Assembly: GCA_030704615.1 (NCBI GenBank)
Contig: CM060732.1
Coordinates: 27,528,001-27,592,000 of the forward strand
Origin: Takakia lepidozioides
Lineage: Eukaryota; Plantae; Bryophyta
Reading direction: 5' to 3'
Length of the DNA stretch: 64,000 nucleotides
Part shown: piece by piece, positions 1-12,459 of the stretch
Layout of the letters: each line of letters starts with the position of its first letter
How positions within the stretch are numbered: the stretch's first letter is position 1
Translations under genes and position numbers: made by a program
Notes under the pieces: model-generated
What the model saw: the letters and a program-made list of their open reading frames with translations, nothing else
The model's database searches: none
What the model was told of the DNA's origin: nothing

Positions 1-1013
1 CCAAAGCTGTATCAGACGCTCAAATACGACAAACCCTTAAATTCCGATACGCCCAGTACATGGGCTATCAACGCAAACACATCTTCTGGCCAGCCATATA
101 CCCCTCACCAAACTGCCCTCTGTGCTCCCACATCCACGCCACACGTGATACCTAGCTCCACCTGCTTAGCCAATGCCCCCACCCCGTCATTCATGGGCTT
201 CGTATTGCACGACACAACCACGTTGTATGGCACATCCACAAACTCCTACAACGACGTAATGAAACTAGATGGTTCTCCCTCATCAATGCGGGCACCTACC
301 AAGGTCGGCCCCAAACCACACGATACCTACGTGGCTACTCCCCTGTATATGTCGCCCCCACACATCATGTACATGCTCTTCCCGCCTCTGTCCGGATATC
401 CTCGTAGTCCATGGGCTCCCCATCAATGCTCCACCACCCTCTGCTCCATCTCCCGCCATTACCATACACTTTTTAGAATTCATATTTTGCAATGACCGCT
501 TCCCCAGCTCCTCCATCCTCGAAAAACGCCAAAAATATGCACCACTCATTTTTGCTATCGGCCGGACGGGATGAGCCACAGGCCCCCTCACTGTCATCAC
601 TACCGGCACCAAAGGGGGTATCCACAATGCCAGCATCTCTGAACTTCAAAATAACTTTAATCTTCCCATCATCTCCATCCATAAATGCTTCAAAGCTATA
701 CACCTCACGGCCCTCCGTTCTCTCACTGCTATCATCACCAACAAAAGACAGCTCGAAACAAACCGTGTTCTTGCCTCCTAGATACATATACATGGATACC
801 CGGCAGGCACCCATGGGGCCTCCCCTTGGGTATGACACCGTACCGTCTCTACCAGATACCACTCCCCCCGACTGGTTAACCGGTGTCCCCTGGACACCGG
901 TTATTTTTACATAGCCTTGGCCCACCCCTGAAAATGGGCAGTAGCTGCAAGGCGAAGTGGCTCTTAGTTACGCCGGCCTCGGCCGGAGTCTTCTCTCTCT
1001 CTCTCTCTCTCTC
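1..1013 (+). mobile_element. 3' end of an RLE-type non-LTR retrotransposon (Dualen/RandI-like or R2-group): CCHC knuckle, RLE domain, 3' UTR, (TC)n tail
   Basis: Manual translation gives ...QIRQTLKFRYAQYMG...CPLC...HLLSQC..VIHGLRIARHNHVV...RLCPDILVV...FLEFIFCNDRF...EKRQKYAPL, with stops and frameshifts. This is CCHC + RHN + PD..E..K-KY. Bases 1-205 are homologous to 32790-33000. The reading frame ends near 781 and is followed by hairpins and (TC)11 at 992-1013. Confidence 0.85.
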
Positions 1014-2214
1014 TTCAAGGCATCATCGAGCTTCGAGCACCTCAACTATTAAGCGAACTTGGTGGCTCTTGCAAGTTTCGAGTGAGCCTTCGGTGTATAC
1101 GGATTTTTTTACAAACGTATCTTAACTGGTCATACCGGGTTTCCACCACCGCTGCTTCAAAACTACAAGTTGATTGGGCGCAAGGGACCTTGATGGCCCA
1201 AAGGGTAGCATATTACCTGGTTAAATTATTATATAACATTCCACCTGAGCTAGTTGTGAACACGGACCCAACAGGGGTGCACATCGTTCCTGTAGGAGGT
1301 GAAAGGACATGGGAGACTAAGGGTTCTAAGCACATTCATGTGATAGGCCAAGATGACAAAAGACAGATTACTGCAGTTGTTTCATCTGTAGCTACAGGAA
1401 AGTGTCTACCGTTATAAGTGATTTCAATGGAACCACAACTCGTTCACTTCCACCTGCAACTCTTGGTCAAAAGTAATGTCTAGCCGCTGGTTTTCATTTC
1501 ACCAATACTCAAAATCATTGGTCTACCATACAGACTTGCAAGCAGTTTGTGGACATGATCTTATTGCCATACTACGAATCACAATGCAAAGAACTTGGCC
1601 TACCCAATGGACAGAAGATGATATGGCTCATCGATTGCTGGTCAGTACATACTAGTATTGAGTTTAGAGACATGGTGAAGGAATATCCTCAAATATATCT
1701 ATTGTACGTCCCTGCTAATTGTACCGACGTCTTGCAGCCAATAGATGTGGTCATTCAAAGGCCTTTCAAGAATGCATTCAAGAGAGAGTTCAATGGATGG
1801 ACCTGCAACGTAATCAAGTCAAAGCTTGTGAATTTCCTAAGGTTGATCTCCGTCTTGTGACACTGAAATAGCACCTACCCTGTTGGTTGTACAACGCATG
1901 GAACCACATCACACGTGGACGAGAGTGTGAAGAAAGGTTGGAAGAAGATAGGTCTGGACAGGGCATTCAATAGTGACTTCTAGATCGCAGCTATGGAGCC
2001 TATACTTGTTCAATCTTTATTCAAGTCTCATCCAAGTCCAGAAGACCAAATTGAAGATCATTACAACAACAATCAAGACGTGCATGAAGCAAATCCTTGT
2101 GAAACTACTGAGATTGTGATGCTCAAATATGTGGAGGAATCAACCAGCGCCAAACCAATCAGCATCCCAAGCTCTGAAGATGTTAAAGATGAATTAGCAA
2201 CAAGCTTGGAATAA
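1014..2214 (+). pseudogene. pogo/Tc1-like DDE_1 transposase remnant
   Basis: Motifs VVNTDPTG, DDKRQIT, NHWS, WLIDCWSVH and VPANCTDVLQPIDV across ORFs 1082-1417 and 1549-1860. Frameshifts and stops present; the 5' end is cut by the LINE tail. Confidence 0.85.
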
Positions 2215-2339
2215 GGGAAAGTGATCTCTATACATATCAAATGAGCTGCAACAGAAGTACAGCATGGCCATTCGAATCTTGTACCCTGAAGTGCCAGCCT
2301 CAACTGACTTACGAATCAAGAATTGGCGCCGGATTCCGG

Positions 2340-5126
2340 GGGGGGGGGGGAGGGGGGAAGAGCGGCGCTCCGCCCTCCCGCTGTGCTCATGTATGAATCT
2401 TAGCAGGGATTTTAGCCATGACTAATCGTATAGGGTTCCGCTATATCCCCCGATCTCTGGTTCTCTTAGCTCCTCAGTTTGGCTGTGCCGCTTATTTGCG
2501 TGGGTCTCTATATTCAGCCATGGCCGCCGCCATGGCCTCAGCTTCTACTCTCAGAGCTACCACGAGGCGGTCGCACCGTCTCATCTCTCGCTCATGCAAC
2601 ACTTCTTACAGACACTTCATGGCGCTTCTTTCAAGCTACCTCAAGGTATTTTTGGAGTGGATTCTACAGAGTTCTGCTCACCACAAGGATTCCGAAACGA
2701 CCATCTCCTCGAGTCCTACTACAGCACCTGCCTCCATCTACGACACTAATGCGAGGAGGTCTCCCTGCCCTTCCCAATGGCTTGTCAACAGTCCCTACAA
2801 GTTATTCAGTACGTCTCCCTCTAGCCCTTCTTTGAAGCTTTCGGAGGGGACTTCAGCTACCCCCCGGAAGCCTGGCCCATCCCGGGCCACTCTCTGCTGC
2901 TTCAAGCTCTTGACGCTCGTCCATGGATTATTCTCTTGTTCCCCTTCGTGCATATCGCACGCCAGCGCGGCCCCGAATGGACCTCGCGCTGCCATGTACG
3001 TCCCCCACCCACCGCATAACAGCAAAACCGCTACGCAATCTGGAGGGAGCTGGTTCCTGGATGCCAGACCTACTATGCAAATTGGCTACACCACAAGCTG
3101 CATTTTTATCATTGGGATTTCTCTCACCTCGCAGGCCAGCAAACTCATTACACACCATGTACGAGCGTAAGCTCCGTTGGCCTTTTCAGGTACTACTATA
3201 ACGAATACTGGAACTCTTTTCCATGGCTTCGTTGTGCATACGCTCAAGAGGGATGATAGCGGCTACTGGGATAACGAAGTTGATCTGGTCGACACTGACC
3301 CACGCCCGATTGTTGCTGAGAACTGGGTTACAACTAGCGGATGGGACACCCTAGCCTTCCCCCCCTGCATGTTTCTCTCACCCGCCAACTACACTACCCT
3401 GCGACTGAACCCGCCCTCAACCCGCAGCAACTTCAACACCTGCACAACAATTACAACAAGTCTGCTACTGGGATGGCAATGTATGAATCATACTTTGCGT
3501 GGGCCAGGCTCTCAACCCATATGTCTGGCAACACTACCTCTCAAGGGCCTGAAGAATGCAACATCTTAGACGGGGACCTTATGGCCCCGCTCCTATTCAG
3601 CATAAGGATCGACAAAATACATCATTTCTGCCTTTGCAAGCTTACCCACAAATCAGTATGGGCTACCGATTCCCTGACTTGGCTGGGCATGTGTCCCGGC
3701 CTGTAACCCGTGTTATGAAATCGCACCAGGTACACGTGTTCTCCGAGGAATTTCTAGGAAGCTCAAGGACCAATGGGATGGGTGCAGTGAATACACGTTG
3801 CAAGACAGACGTAACAGATGCAGCTGCTTTGGATTCGGCAGCTTTTTGTGGCACCTCTCGTCACTCTCTTGATTCACAGACTGTTACAACACATTGGGCA
3901 CTCTCTCTCAAGTGCCCGCTAGCCAAACAACACACTTACACACCTCAACGAAGCCCAATTGGTTGAAATGCGCTCCATCTGGGCCTCACTCTGTCCGTTC
4001 TTACCTACCAACGATTAGGGGCCTTAGTTTCACGGATGTGATTCGACACAGGGCAACATGGGGCTTCGTGTATGCTAATCAACGGCCTCCCTCGGGATAT
4101 GCAGTCCCGCCAGCTCTGGAGTGGGTCTATCCAAACAACGGCACACTCATTTCCCCCTCAACTAGAACTTACTGGTGGCGGACAACACTTGCTATGAGGA
4201 GTAGACACATCAGCTAGTGGAGTGGTTTTTGGGGCAATGATATTGAGCACGGAAGCAAATCTCTCAGCCGACCTCCCAAAGCACATTGCATACTCTCTAC
4301 ATGCCCTCTGCTCTACAGGGAACCCTCTTGCCACACTCAATTTTTACGTTCTCATCTCTCTGTGATTCACTTGCTTTTGTTTTCACATACTACGCTCTCC
4401 TCTCTTGATATGCTACCACCATGTTTTGTGCCGCATACTAACTACATGTGGCACTCCCACGCCTTGCAGATGCATTTGCATTCCGAACATGCCCACCTTG
4501 AAGCTATATGCGGGGACTCCAGACAAACTGTTTCCAACTACCTACCGTACATTGTGTCACTGTCCAGTCTCCCTAATATGGGGCTAGGTCATTTAACCTG
4601 TGCATAGTATAACGCTCAATTAGGTACTCATCACACTGCTCTTGTATGTCCCTCCCCGCAACACTCCATCTACTTGCCTAGGACTCTCCACACTTTGATA
4701 TATATCTTGGATCCTCTGGTTCATTCACAGTCTGCAGCGTATAGTGCCAATGCTTTCCTTCTCAAGGTTGTCCCGCGCGATTACCTTAGACCGCGCCTTT
4801 TTTCAGTCAATTACATGGTGCCTTCTCTCCACAGGCCAATGTTCTTCTTATCATCTACTCCCTACCGCCTAATTAGGCCAACCAGCCTGTAGACCCAAGG
4901 CCAATACTTCTCCGTGACTATGACACTCAGACACATCAAGATCCAGCTTCACGTTCCCACTCTTCACAGTGTGCTCTCTGTACTAACCCACGACACCATT
5001 CACCAAGCTATCTCTCGTGTATAGGTCATGTTTTCTACATTTTTCTTCCTCATGGCTCGTGGAACCGTTGGTTTTCTGTGAAATATCTGCACTCACACAC
5101 ATGGCTCTCTCCACATGTACTCCTGC
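2340..5126 (+). other. Unassigned C-rich degenerate region, probably TE-derived
   Basis: Overlapping short + strand ORFs with no recognisable motif, bounded by a G-run at ~2338 and the CACTA end at 5127. Confidence 0.3.
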
Positions 5127-5460
5127 CACTACTACGTTTGGGGGGGGGGGGGGGGGGGGGGGGGGGGTTTAGCGATGCCCCAACGACCTCCAACCGCCGT
5201 GATTAGCGATGAAAATACTCTATGGCGCCCGGGGCGCACCAAGGGCATTTTGCGACGTCGGGAAGTCGCAGAGATGTTGCCCCCGGAGCGTCGCTAATTA
5301 GCGTCGTCGGGGAATCGCAAACCCCCCGGGACCCCCCGGCCGCGGCACCGGCGCGACTTGCAACGTCCAGGCATCGCAAAAAAAAAAAAGGTTTTTTTTT
5401 GCGACGCCACATAAGGGACGTCCGGGGGGTCGTAAATGCGACCCCAGACGTCACAGTTTA
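5127..5460. mobile_element. CACTA terminus with subterminal repeats (left)
   Basis: CACTACTACGTTT-G-run-TTTAGCGATGCC at 5127, followed by clustered GCGACG/CGTCGC motifs. Confidence 0.75.
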
Positions 5461-7949
5461 GGGGGGTAAATTTGAATTTAGGTGAAAAATTTTGAATTTG
5501 AATTTTAAAAACTAATTGACCATTGACTCGGCGTTGACCATTGACTCCGGTTTTGTCCAATGGCAGTTCATACATTGTTCTACATATATTAGACAATGCA
5601 TACTTGAACCTACGACCTCCACATTATAACATTTCTAAGACAATACACACTAACAAACAAATCTACAATACATCTATGTATCACAAAAGCAGTCCAAGTA
5701 TATATATACATATCAAGAGTTAGCTCCTAGTGACTACCACTATCTCAATCCTATCATTGTGTTGCAGATTATGCGTACTCTACAGGAGCTCTTACACCTG
5801 GAACTTGCCGACAGATCCAAAGTATCTAATTTGGAGTTCACATGAGTTATTGAAAGAGCAACATGCAACTAATAACACCTAAAAAATTACTCGACATCAG
5901 AAAGAACCCTACTCAGTTTGGAATCCTCCCATAAATTATTGATTAACTAAAAAATACTAAATATATATATATAAGCAACGATGAATGATAAAACTAAACT
6001 AAATGAATGGACAACCTTGGAGTTTGACTTGCAATGATATTGGTCATAGCCTTGTTTGTGTATTCATGTTGAAGAGAGCATGCCTCATTGCCAACTTGCC
6101 ACAAATTATATCTCAAAATGTGAAGGATCCTGGATTATAATGACTTCAATTTGCACCCAGTAATGTGGATGACGATTCGATTATCACAAAGACATTCCTT
6201 TAAATGTAAGAAAGTTATCCAACATAAACAATACAAAGTCGTGGGAATATTTGTAAATTATGTACTACACCTCAACACCTATGAAAGCATTACTCAAAAA
6301 ACATTTATAGTACAAAATGAAATATAACTTAATCTTCATGATATAGTCTAATAAATTATCAAGTGACCATGCATGCATTAAATCTTACTTCATGCAGGAC
6401 GTTAAAAATATGTATGACTTTACGAGCTAATTTACCGGTTGTCAAATATTAATATATTTATTTATATTTAATGATATATTTAACTATTCTCTTGAAAACA
6501 TATAATAACTCATGTGTAGTATAGCTATTTTTATTTTATTATATTTGAAAAAACTGGACAAAGACCCTAATTTGAATTAAGAGTGTAAGAAAAAATAACA
6601 ATCCAAGGAGCCATGTGAAGGCTAACAAGTGTTATTAAAAAGGAAAAATGTTTTACTAACAGAATGTCTATATTGAACATCCTCAACTCAAGTGTTGTGC
6701 TTCTCATCAAAGAAAGCTTCAGTGTCATCCATGACATGTAATATTACTAGTCCAATAGATAATCTACATTCCACTATGTTTTAAATTAATATTGTAGGTA
6801 AGCATCACGTGGACTATGGAGGAAATGCATCGAGAGATATTTCTCAATACAAAAGAAGTGTTGTTTTACAAGATGTCATGGTAAATTTTTGTTTGGAATT
6901 TTTTATGTGCAATTCCTTATAAACATTAAAAGTAATGACTTAATTATCGTTATTATTTCTAAATTATGAGTTATAGAGTTGCAAACCGGTGAAATTGTAT
7001 GTTTGATAGTGATAATATAGTTGACGTATGAAATCATACAATTCATAACCATTGTATCAAGGACTTTGTGCCCAAATTAAGAACTTGAAAAAAAAATGAA
7101 GTTGCATATATTTAGTAATCCTCATAACTATTTGTGTTTAAGGATATAATGACTATTCTTCATATGAGTTGCATATCACATCATATCTTTTATACGGAAC
7201 CTCGCTGCTTTTGGGTTCCATACAAATAAGATATTGTTATCATATTGAATGAGTTAATTTCGCAATCTTAATTTATTTTGCTTAAACCAAGCAACATCAT
7301 ATGATGGAGGGTGTATGGATGCAAGGGATGCCACAAAGTGTAGAGATTGTAGAGAATATTGATCATCAATCATCAATGCATCAATAGTTTTGAAAACAAA
7401 ACCCTCCATTTAGATGTATTTGATTTGATTAGAGGATATTCATCATGATGTCCATCACTAAATAGTGCCAATCTTGCTCGGTCTTAATTTGTCTAAATTG
7501 CTCCTCAGTGAGGAACTTTGAGTAGCGTGGTCCAACCAATTTTAGATCATCGTGGTGTACAACCGTTTTAGATACTCTTGTATGAAATTTGAGAAGCCTT
7601 ACATATGTTTGTCTATTCATGCCAAACAACCTCAATCATTTGATGTAACAACCCATTTAAGACAATTATAATCTCAACATATTTATATTTAATAAACCAT
7701 TTGTCATATTGATGTATTAAGACAATCACTATCGAAAAATGATTGATGATATGATCAAATGAAGTTTAAATCATGACATACATGAATACAAACACAAAAA
7801 CTTTTTGTTATATTATACTATTATTGTGCTATAAGATATTTGAGCTCAAAATGAGATAGACATAAATATTTGAGGATAATTTGTGTCATCCATAAGGATT
7901 TTTTAAGGCTATATATGAGAAATAGATAATGCAACAATACATATCTCAC

Positions 7950-8485
7950 CCAATCTTTATCAACCTTGCATCCCTTTGGAAGTTGCAGTCTCTCAAGAGA
8001 GTGCTATCTTGGACAGGTTGGGCATGCGGCATTACATTCCAATTGAGCATCTACGAACATTTTAGATAATATTCAGATTGTAATATTTAGAAACTATAAC
8101 CTATAAATAGTCATTCTTTATATACTAACAAGAGTAGAGAAGAACTTATATATATATATATATCCAGCAAACTTAACTGATTGCATATGTACAGTTTAAA
8201 TTGTGGTGAGGTAAGAATTTTCTTTGCAAGATTATGTTGCATTTTTTAGAACAAATTTGAAGACAATTATCCAAACAATTTACATATAGAAATATGTTTT
8301 TTTAGTTTATGATTAATGTCAATACAAACTTTATTTAATTGTTGTGTTTGTTACCTTACCCGTTGAAGTCGCGGTTGTACATTAAGAACTTGAAATATAG
8401 CTCTTTTGAGATCACCAACAAAGCCATGCAAATTGAGTTGTAATGTATAATGATTTCCCACCCACCTCACATGCATCGTCAATTC
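7950..8485 (-). pseudogene. Two spliced exons encoding a ubiquitin-like domain, part of a degenerate multi-exon gene in an AT-rich region
   Basis: Exon 8485-8360 (AG..GT) reads ELTMHVRWVGNHYTLQLNLHGFVGDLKRAIFQVLNVQPRLQR. It joins in phase 0 to exon 8050-7950, MLNWNVMPHAQPVQDSTLLRDCNFQRDARLIKIG. The joined peptide follows the UBL pattern (V.W.G..Y, V.DLK..I, P..Q.L, D..LL, L..IG). Confidence 0.7.
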
Positions 8486-10959
8486 CTATAGTATATGCAA
8501 AATATTACGTCATACTACAACCTTATCAGAATCTATGTACATCGTAATATTCAAATAAGCTTGAATGAAAAACATGAAAGTGCGGGTGATGTTGTAGATT
8601 ACATTTTACAAACTTCATGCGACAAAGACATCTCAAAATAATATCTGCACTCCATCCAATCACCACAATAGAGAATAAAATAACATCAGTTACCTGTACA
8701 CATAGAATCATATTGATGCTGGAAAATTCACCCATGAGCTCAATATATTTATACAATTTATATGATAAATCTAATATCATTATACATTATTTACCTCCAC
8801 TAATCGTGGTCCTGCATCTGCCATCCGTTTTGCATAGGCCACAGATCTTGAAAGGTGGGCAGTAGAATTTTCTATGTCATGCAAAATTGCACAAAGCTTT
8901 GCAAGTCTTGACATTGTGTATTCTAGCTAAAGAGCAAAAGTTAGCTTGAAGATATAATTAATGAATATAGCTTATTTGTATTTGTGGTATGTGTGTTTGG
9001 GAGATTGAGAGAGTAGTGTGACATTGCACATAAATATTTCAATCTTGCATGTAGTTAATGGAGCTCAATAACCTTTTTGGATATGTATTCACAAATCGTA
9101 ATGTTGTCAAATGTATATACTTAAGTAAATAATCACTCACAATATGGGGAATCACCTCTAATATTGTTATAATATTTGTATATATGGTCGTCCTTTCTCT
9201 TATAGTTTATTTAGTATTTTTTAATATTTCATTGTCTCTATATATATATTTATTTTTATTTTTGTTTAAACAGGTTGATGAATCTATGAATCTTTTGACA
9301 GATTCATAGTAGAAACATCAACCCAATTTGAGAAAACTCACAATATATATTATTACAATATCGTATGTTTGGTCATGATGATGTAAGATAAAGACTTTTA
9401 ATAAACTAGAAGAAAGATGAAATAGTTACTTTGGAAAGGTGCAATATCATGTGCAACCCCTTCAATTGAGGATTTTATATGTTATGGGACCTAGGTTATC
9501 ATTGAAAGGTAAGAGTCCTTCAATTCTCAAATTCCTCAATATCTTTTTTCATTCGCAAAAGTTATATAAATAAGTCTTATGTACAGACTGCAAACATACA
9601 AAAATGCAGACCATAAAAATTCGTGAAATATTTTAAATATAGACCCTTGATCTAGGGTTTTTAAAGATACATCTAAGTTGTTAATAGATATAAGATGGAC
9701 AACCATATTTATTGCAATGTGTTAAAATGCGTGTAGAGATTTTTTGAATTAATTTTAAATTTGCTATTTTTCTTATGCTCGGTTACAATCTTTGTGAGAT
9801 TGATTTACATTTTAATTCATTTTGGATTACGTGCCTCAACTTTTGACAAAGTAGTTAAGATTTAGAACCAAGATGGATGACTAAGACCAATGATATTAGT
9901 GATCAATATGGGTGTCATTAAACCATAATTATGTATTTTTGAAGAGAAAATAGAAGAAAAAAGGTGGAGACCCATATGATGGGTCAAGAAACCAATGTTG
10001 AACTAACCCTCAAGTGAAGCCATGATGAGGTGTACATCAATGAATGAGAATTGTGCCCAAGATGAAGAGGCTAATTTGACTTGCAATAAGTCCATCCGAA
10101 GGGGACGTCATGAAATTTATCTAATTTAAGCACAACTTATGTCAGCACGGCCTACACATAATTAAGGACACAAATTTAGACCTATCGTCTGTGCAAAGAA
10201 AATAGAAACATGTACTAGTTACAAACGAGTATGTTCGATTGTTAATGACGCATAGGTTGGTGAAATTTATTGTTTGCGGCATAGGGGGTCGAAGTTAAGA
10301 TGAGATATGGTCTTTAAGTCTTGATTCTTGTGATGGTGTCGACCAATTGATATCAATATATTATTCGTTACCTAGAGAAGGCCAATGTCAGGGGAGAGTC
10401 CAACAATCGAGAAGTTTGGCCATCTAGGTGGCGTGATCGTCATAAGTCATGTGGTGAAATAATCGATTCATCCACCAAGATAATACAATGTTGCAAGGAG
10501 CTTTCTTTTCCTCAGAGCATCTAATATAAGAGCGTAATCTACACGCAAGCCAAGTGTCCAAGACTAATTGACACTAGTGGAATTTCCATATAAGATTCCA
10601 CCAGCGACGCTATCATCTGAGCATACTCATGTGAGCACGGGAGCGGCCTGCTCATGTGAGTCGACTTACACGCGTATGGTGTAGTGGTATGGGTAGTAGG
10701 GAAGGGTTTAGTGGAGCTGTCCCAAAGGCCTACTCCTGTAGATGCGTATACACAGAAGGGCCTACAACCCGGTTACCAGCATCACGTTCATCCGTCAGCG
10801 TCAGGTCACGTCAGACCTGATGCTGACGAGACCTCTGTCACGTCAGGTTCGGGGAATATTCTGGTAAAAATAGTATCAGGTAAAATACTGCCACTTAAGC
10901 AGCCACGTCGCCGACACGGTGGCGGTGGCAAATATATTTTTGAAAAAATTAACAAAATA

Positions 10960-12020
10960 AATGCGAGCGCCAATTATGGCAGTCGCTTTGTTTTTTGAAA
11001 TTAAAAAAGAAATAGCGACCGCCGTATTGGCGGTCGATTCAAAAATAATAATTTTAAAGCAAGATTGGCGGTCGCACTGGCGATCGCTTTATTTTTCAAA
11101 ATAGAAAAAGAAATAGCGACCGCCATATTGGCGGTCGTTTCAAAAAATAATAATTTTAAAGCAAGATTGGCGGTCGCACTGGTGGTCGCTTTATTTTTCG
11201 AAAAAAAAAAAAATAGCGACCGCCATATTGGTGGTCGCTTCAATTTTTATTTTTTAAAAAACAAGATTGGCGGTCGCTTTATTTTTTGAATTAAAAAAAG
11301 AAATTGCGACCGCTATCTTGGCACTCGCTTCATTTTAAAGAAAAAAAGATTGGCTGTTGCATTGACAGTCGCCTAATTTAAAAAAGAAAACAAGCGACTG
11401 CCGCATTGGCGGTCGCACAATTTTGTAAATATGTACAGAACAAGCGACGGCCATATGGCGGTCAGATAATTTCAAGAATATATAAAAAACAACGACCGCC
11501 ATTGGGCGGTCGCTTAATTTAAAATATATATAGAAAAACAAACGACCGCCATATGGCGGTCGGTAAATCTAAAATTATATTAAAAAAACAAGCGACATAT
11601 AAAAATAAAAGCGACCGCGACACCAGTGGTTGCTTGTTTTAAAACAATACAATATTTGCGACCACAAAATCGGCGGTCGCGTCAATTTTAAAATATATAT
11701 TAAGTTTAAGCGACTGCCAGCCTGGAGGTCGCTTAAACTTGAAAATATAAAGATTAAAAGCGACCGCCTTACTGGCGGTCGCGTTTTTTTAAAAATATTA
11801 AAAATAAAACCGACCGCCATACCGGCAGTCGCATTATATTTTGAAATAAAAAACAATATCGACCGCCATACGGGCGGTTGCTTAAATTTAAAAATATACA
11901 AAATAGAAGTGACCGCAATATTGCACAAAGTGAAAGGAAATAAAAGCGACCACTGTAGTGGCAGTCGCTTGTTTTTTATAAAAAAATAAAAATAACGACC
12001 ATAGTATTAGCGGTCGCTTA
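10960..12020. repeat. hAT left subterminal array of GCGACCGCC-n-GGCGGTCGC palindromes in AT-rich spacers
   Basis: Many direct and inverted copies visible in the sequence. Confidence 0.9.
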
Positions 12021-12459
12021 ATTTCAAAATTACAACAAATATGGTTGTACAGCCTTTTTCGGGTGGGCGCTATTGGTTCATCATTTATTCATTTCACTTT
12101 CATCCCTCTTGGATCATATATAAGGGAGGAGGATCACCAAGCTCCTCACTTCTTTTGGCGCAAACACTTGAGGTTGCTTTGGATGTTCTCTTCCATTGAA
12201 CGAGAGTATAGTCCAAGAGGAGGGTGCGCACCTTTTGCCGTTGTGGCTTCCACCAAAGCCACTTCAGCAGATTGTGTATAAGCTCAACACTACAACCCAC
12301 ATCGACCCACTTGGGTTGCTGACAGGTGTAGAAGTGTTGGGCTATCGCATTGCACTCTACATTCACAACACGTTCATTTATAGGTGACTGTTTTTTGTTG
12401 CTTGCATCGCTCGGTCCCAGGGGAGTGGATATTAGGTGAAGATGAGGGAGGAATGGAGC

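Noticed and set aside
915-965. Hammerhead or HDV ribozyme in the LINE 3' UTR
   Set aside because: The core consensus (CUGANGA...GAAA) is not matched and no pseudoknot could be built by eye.
10572-10606. CACTAGTGGAAT...ATTCCACCAGCG as a CACTA or Helitron end
   Set aside because: An imperfect local inverted repeat with no partner terminus, subterminal array or canonical Helitron hairpin spacing.
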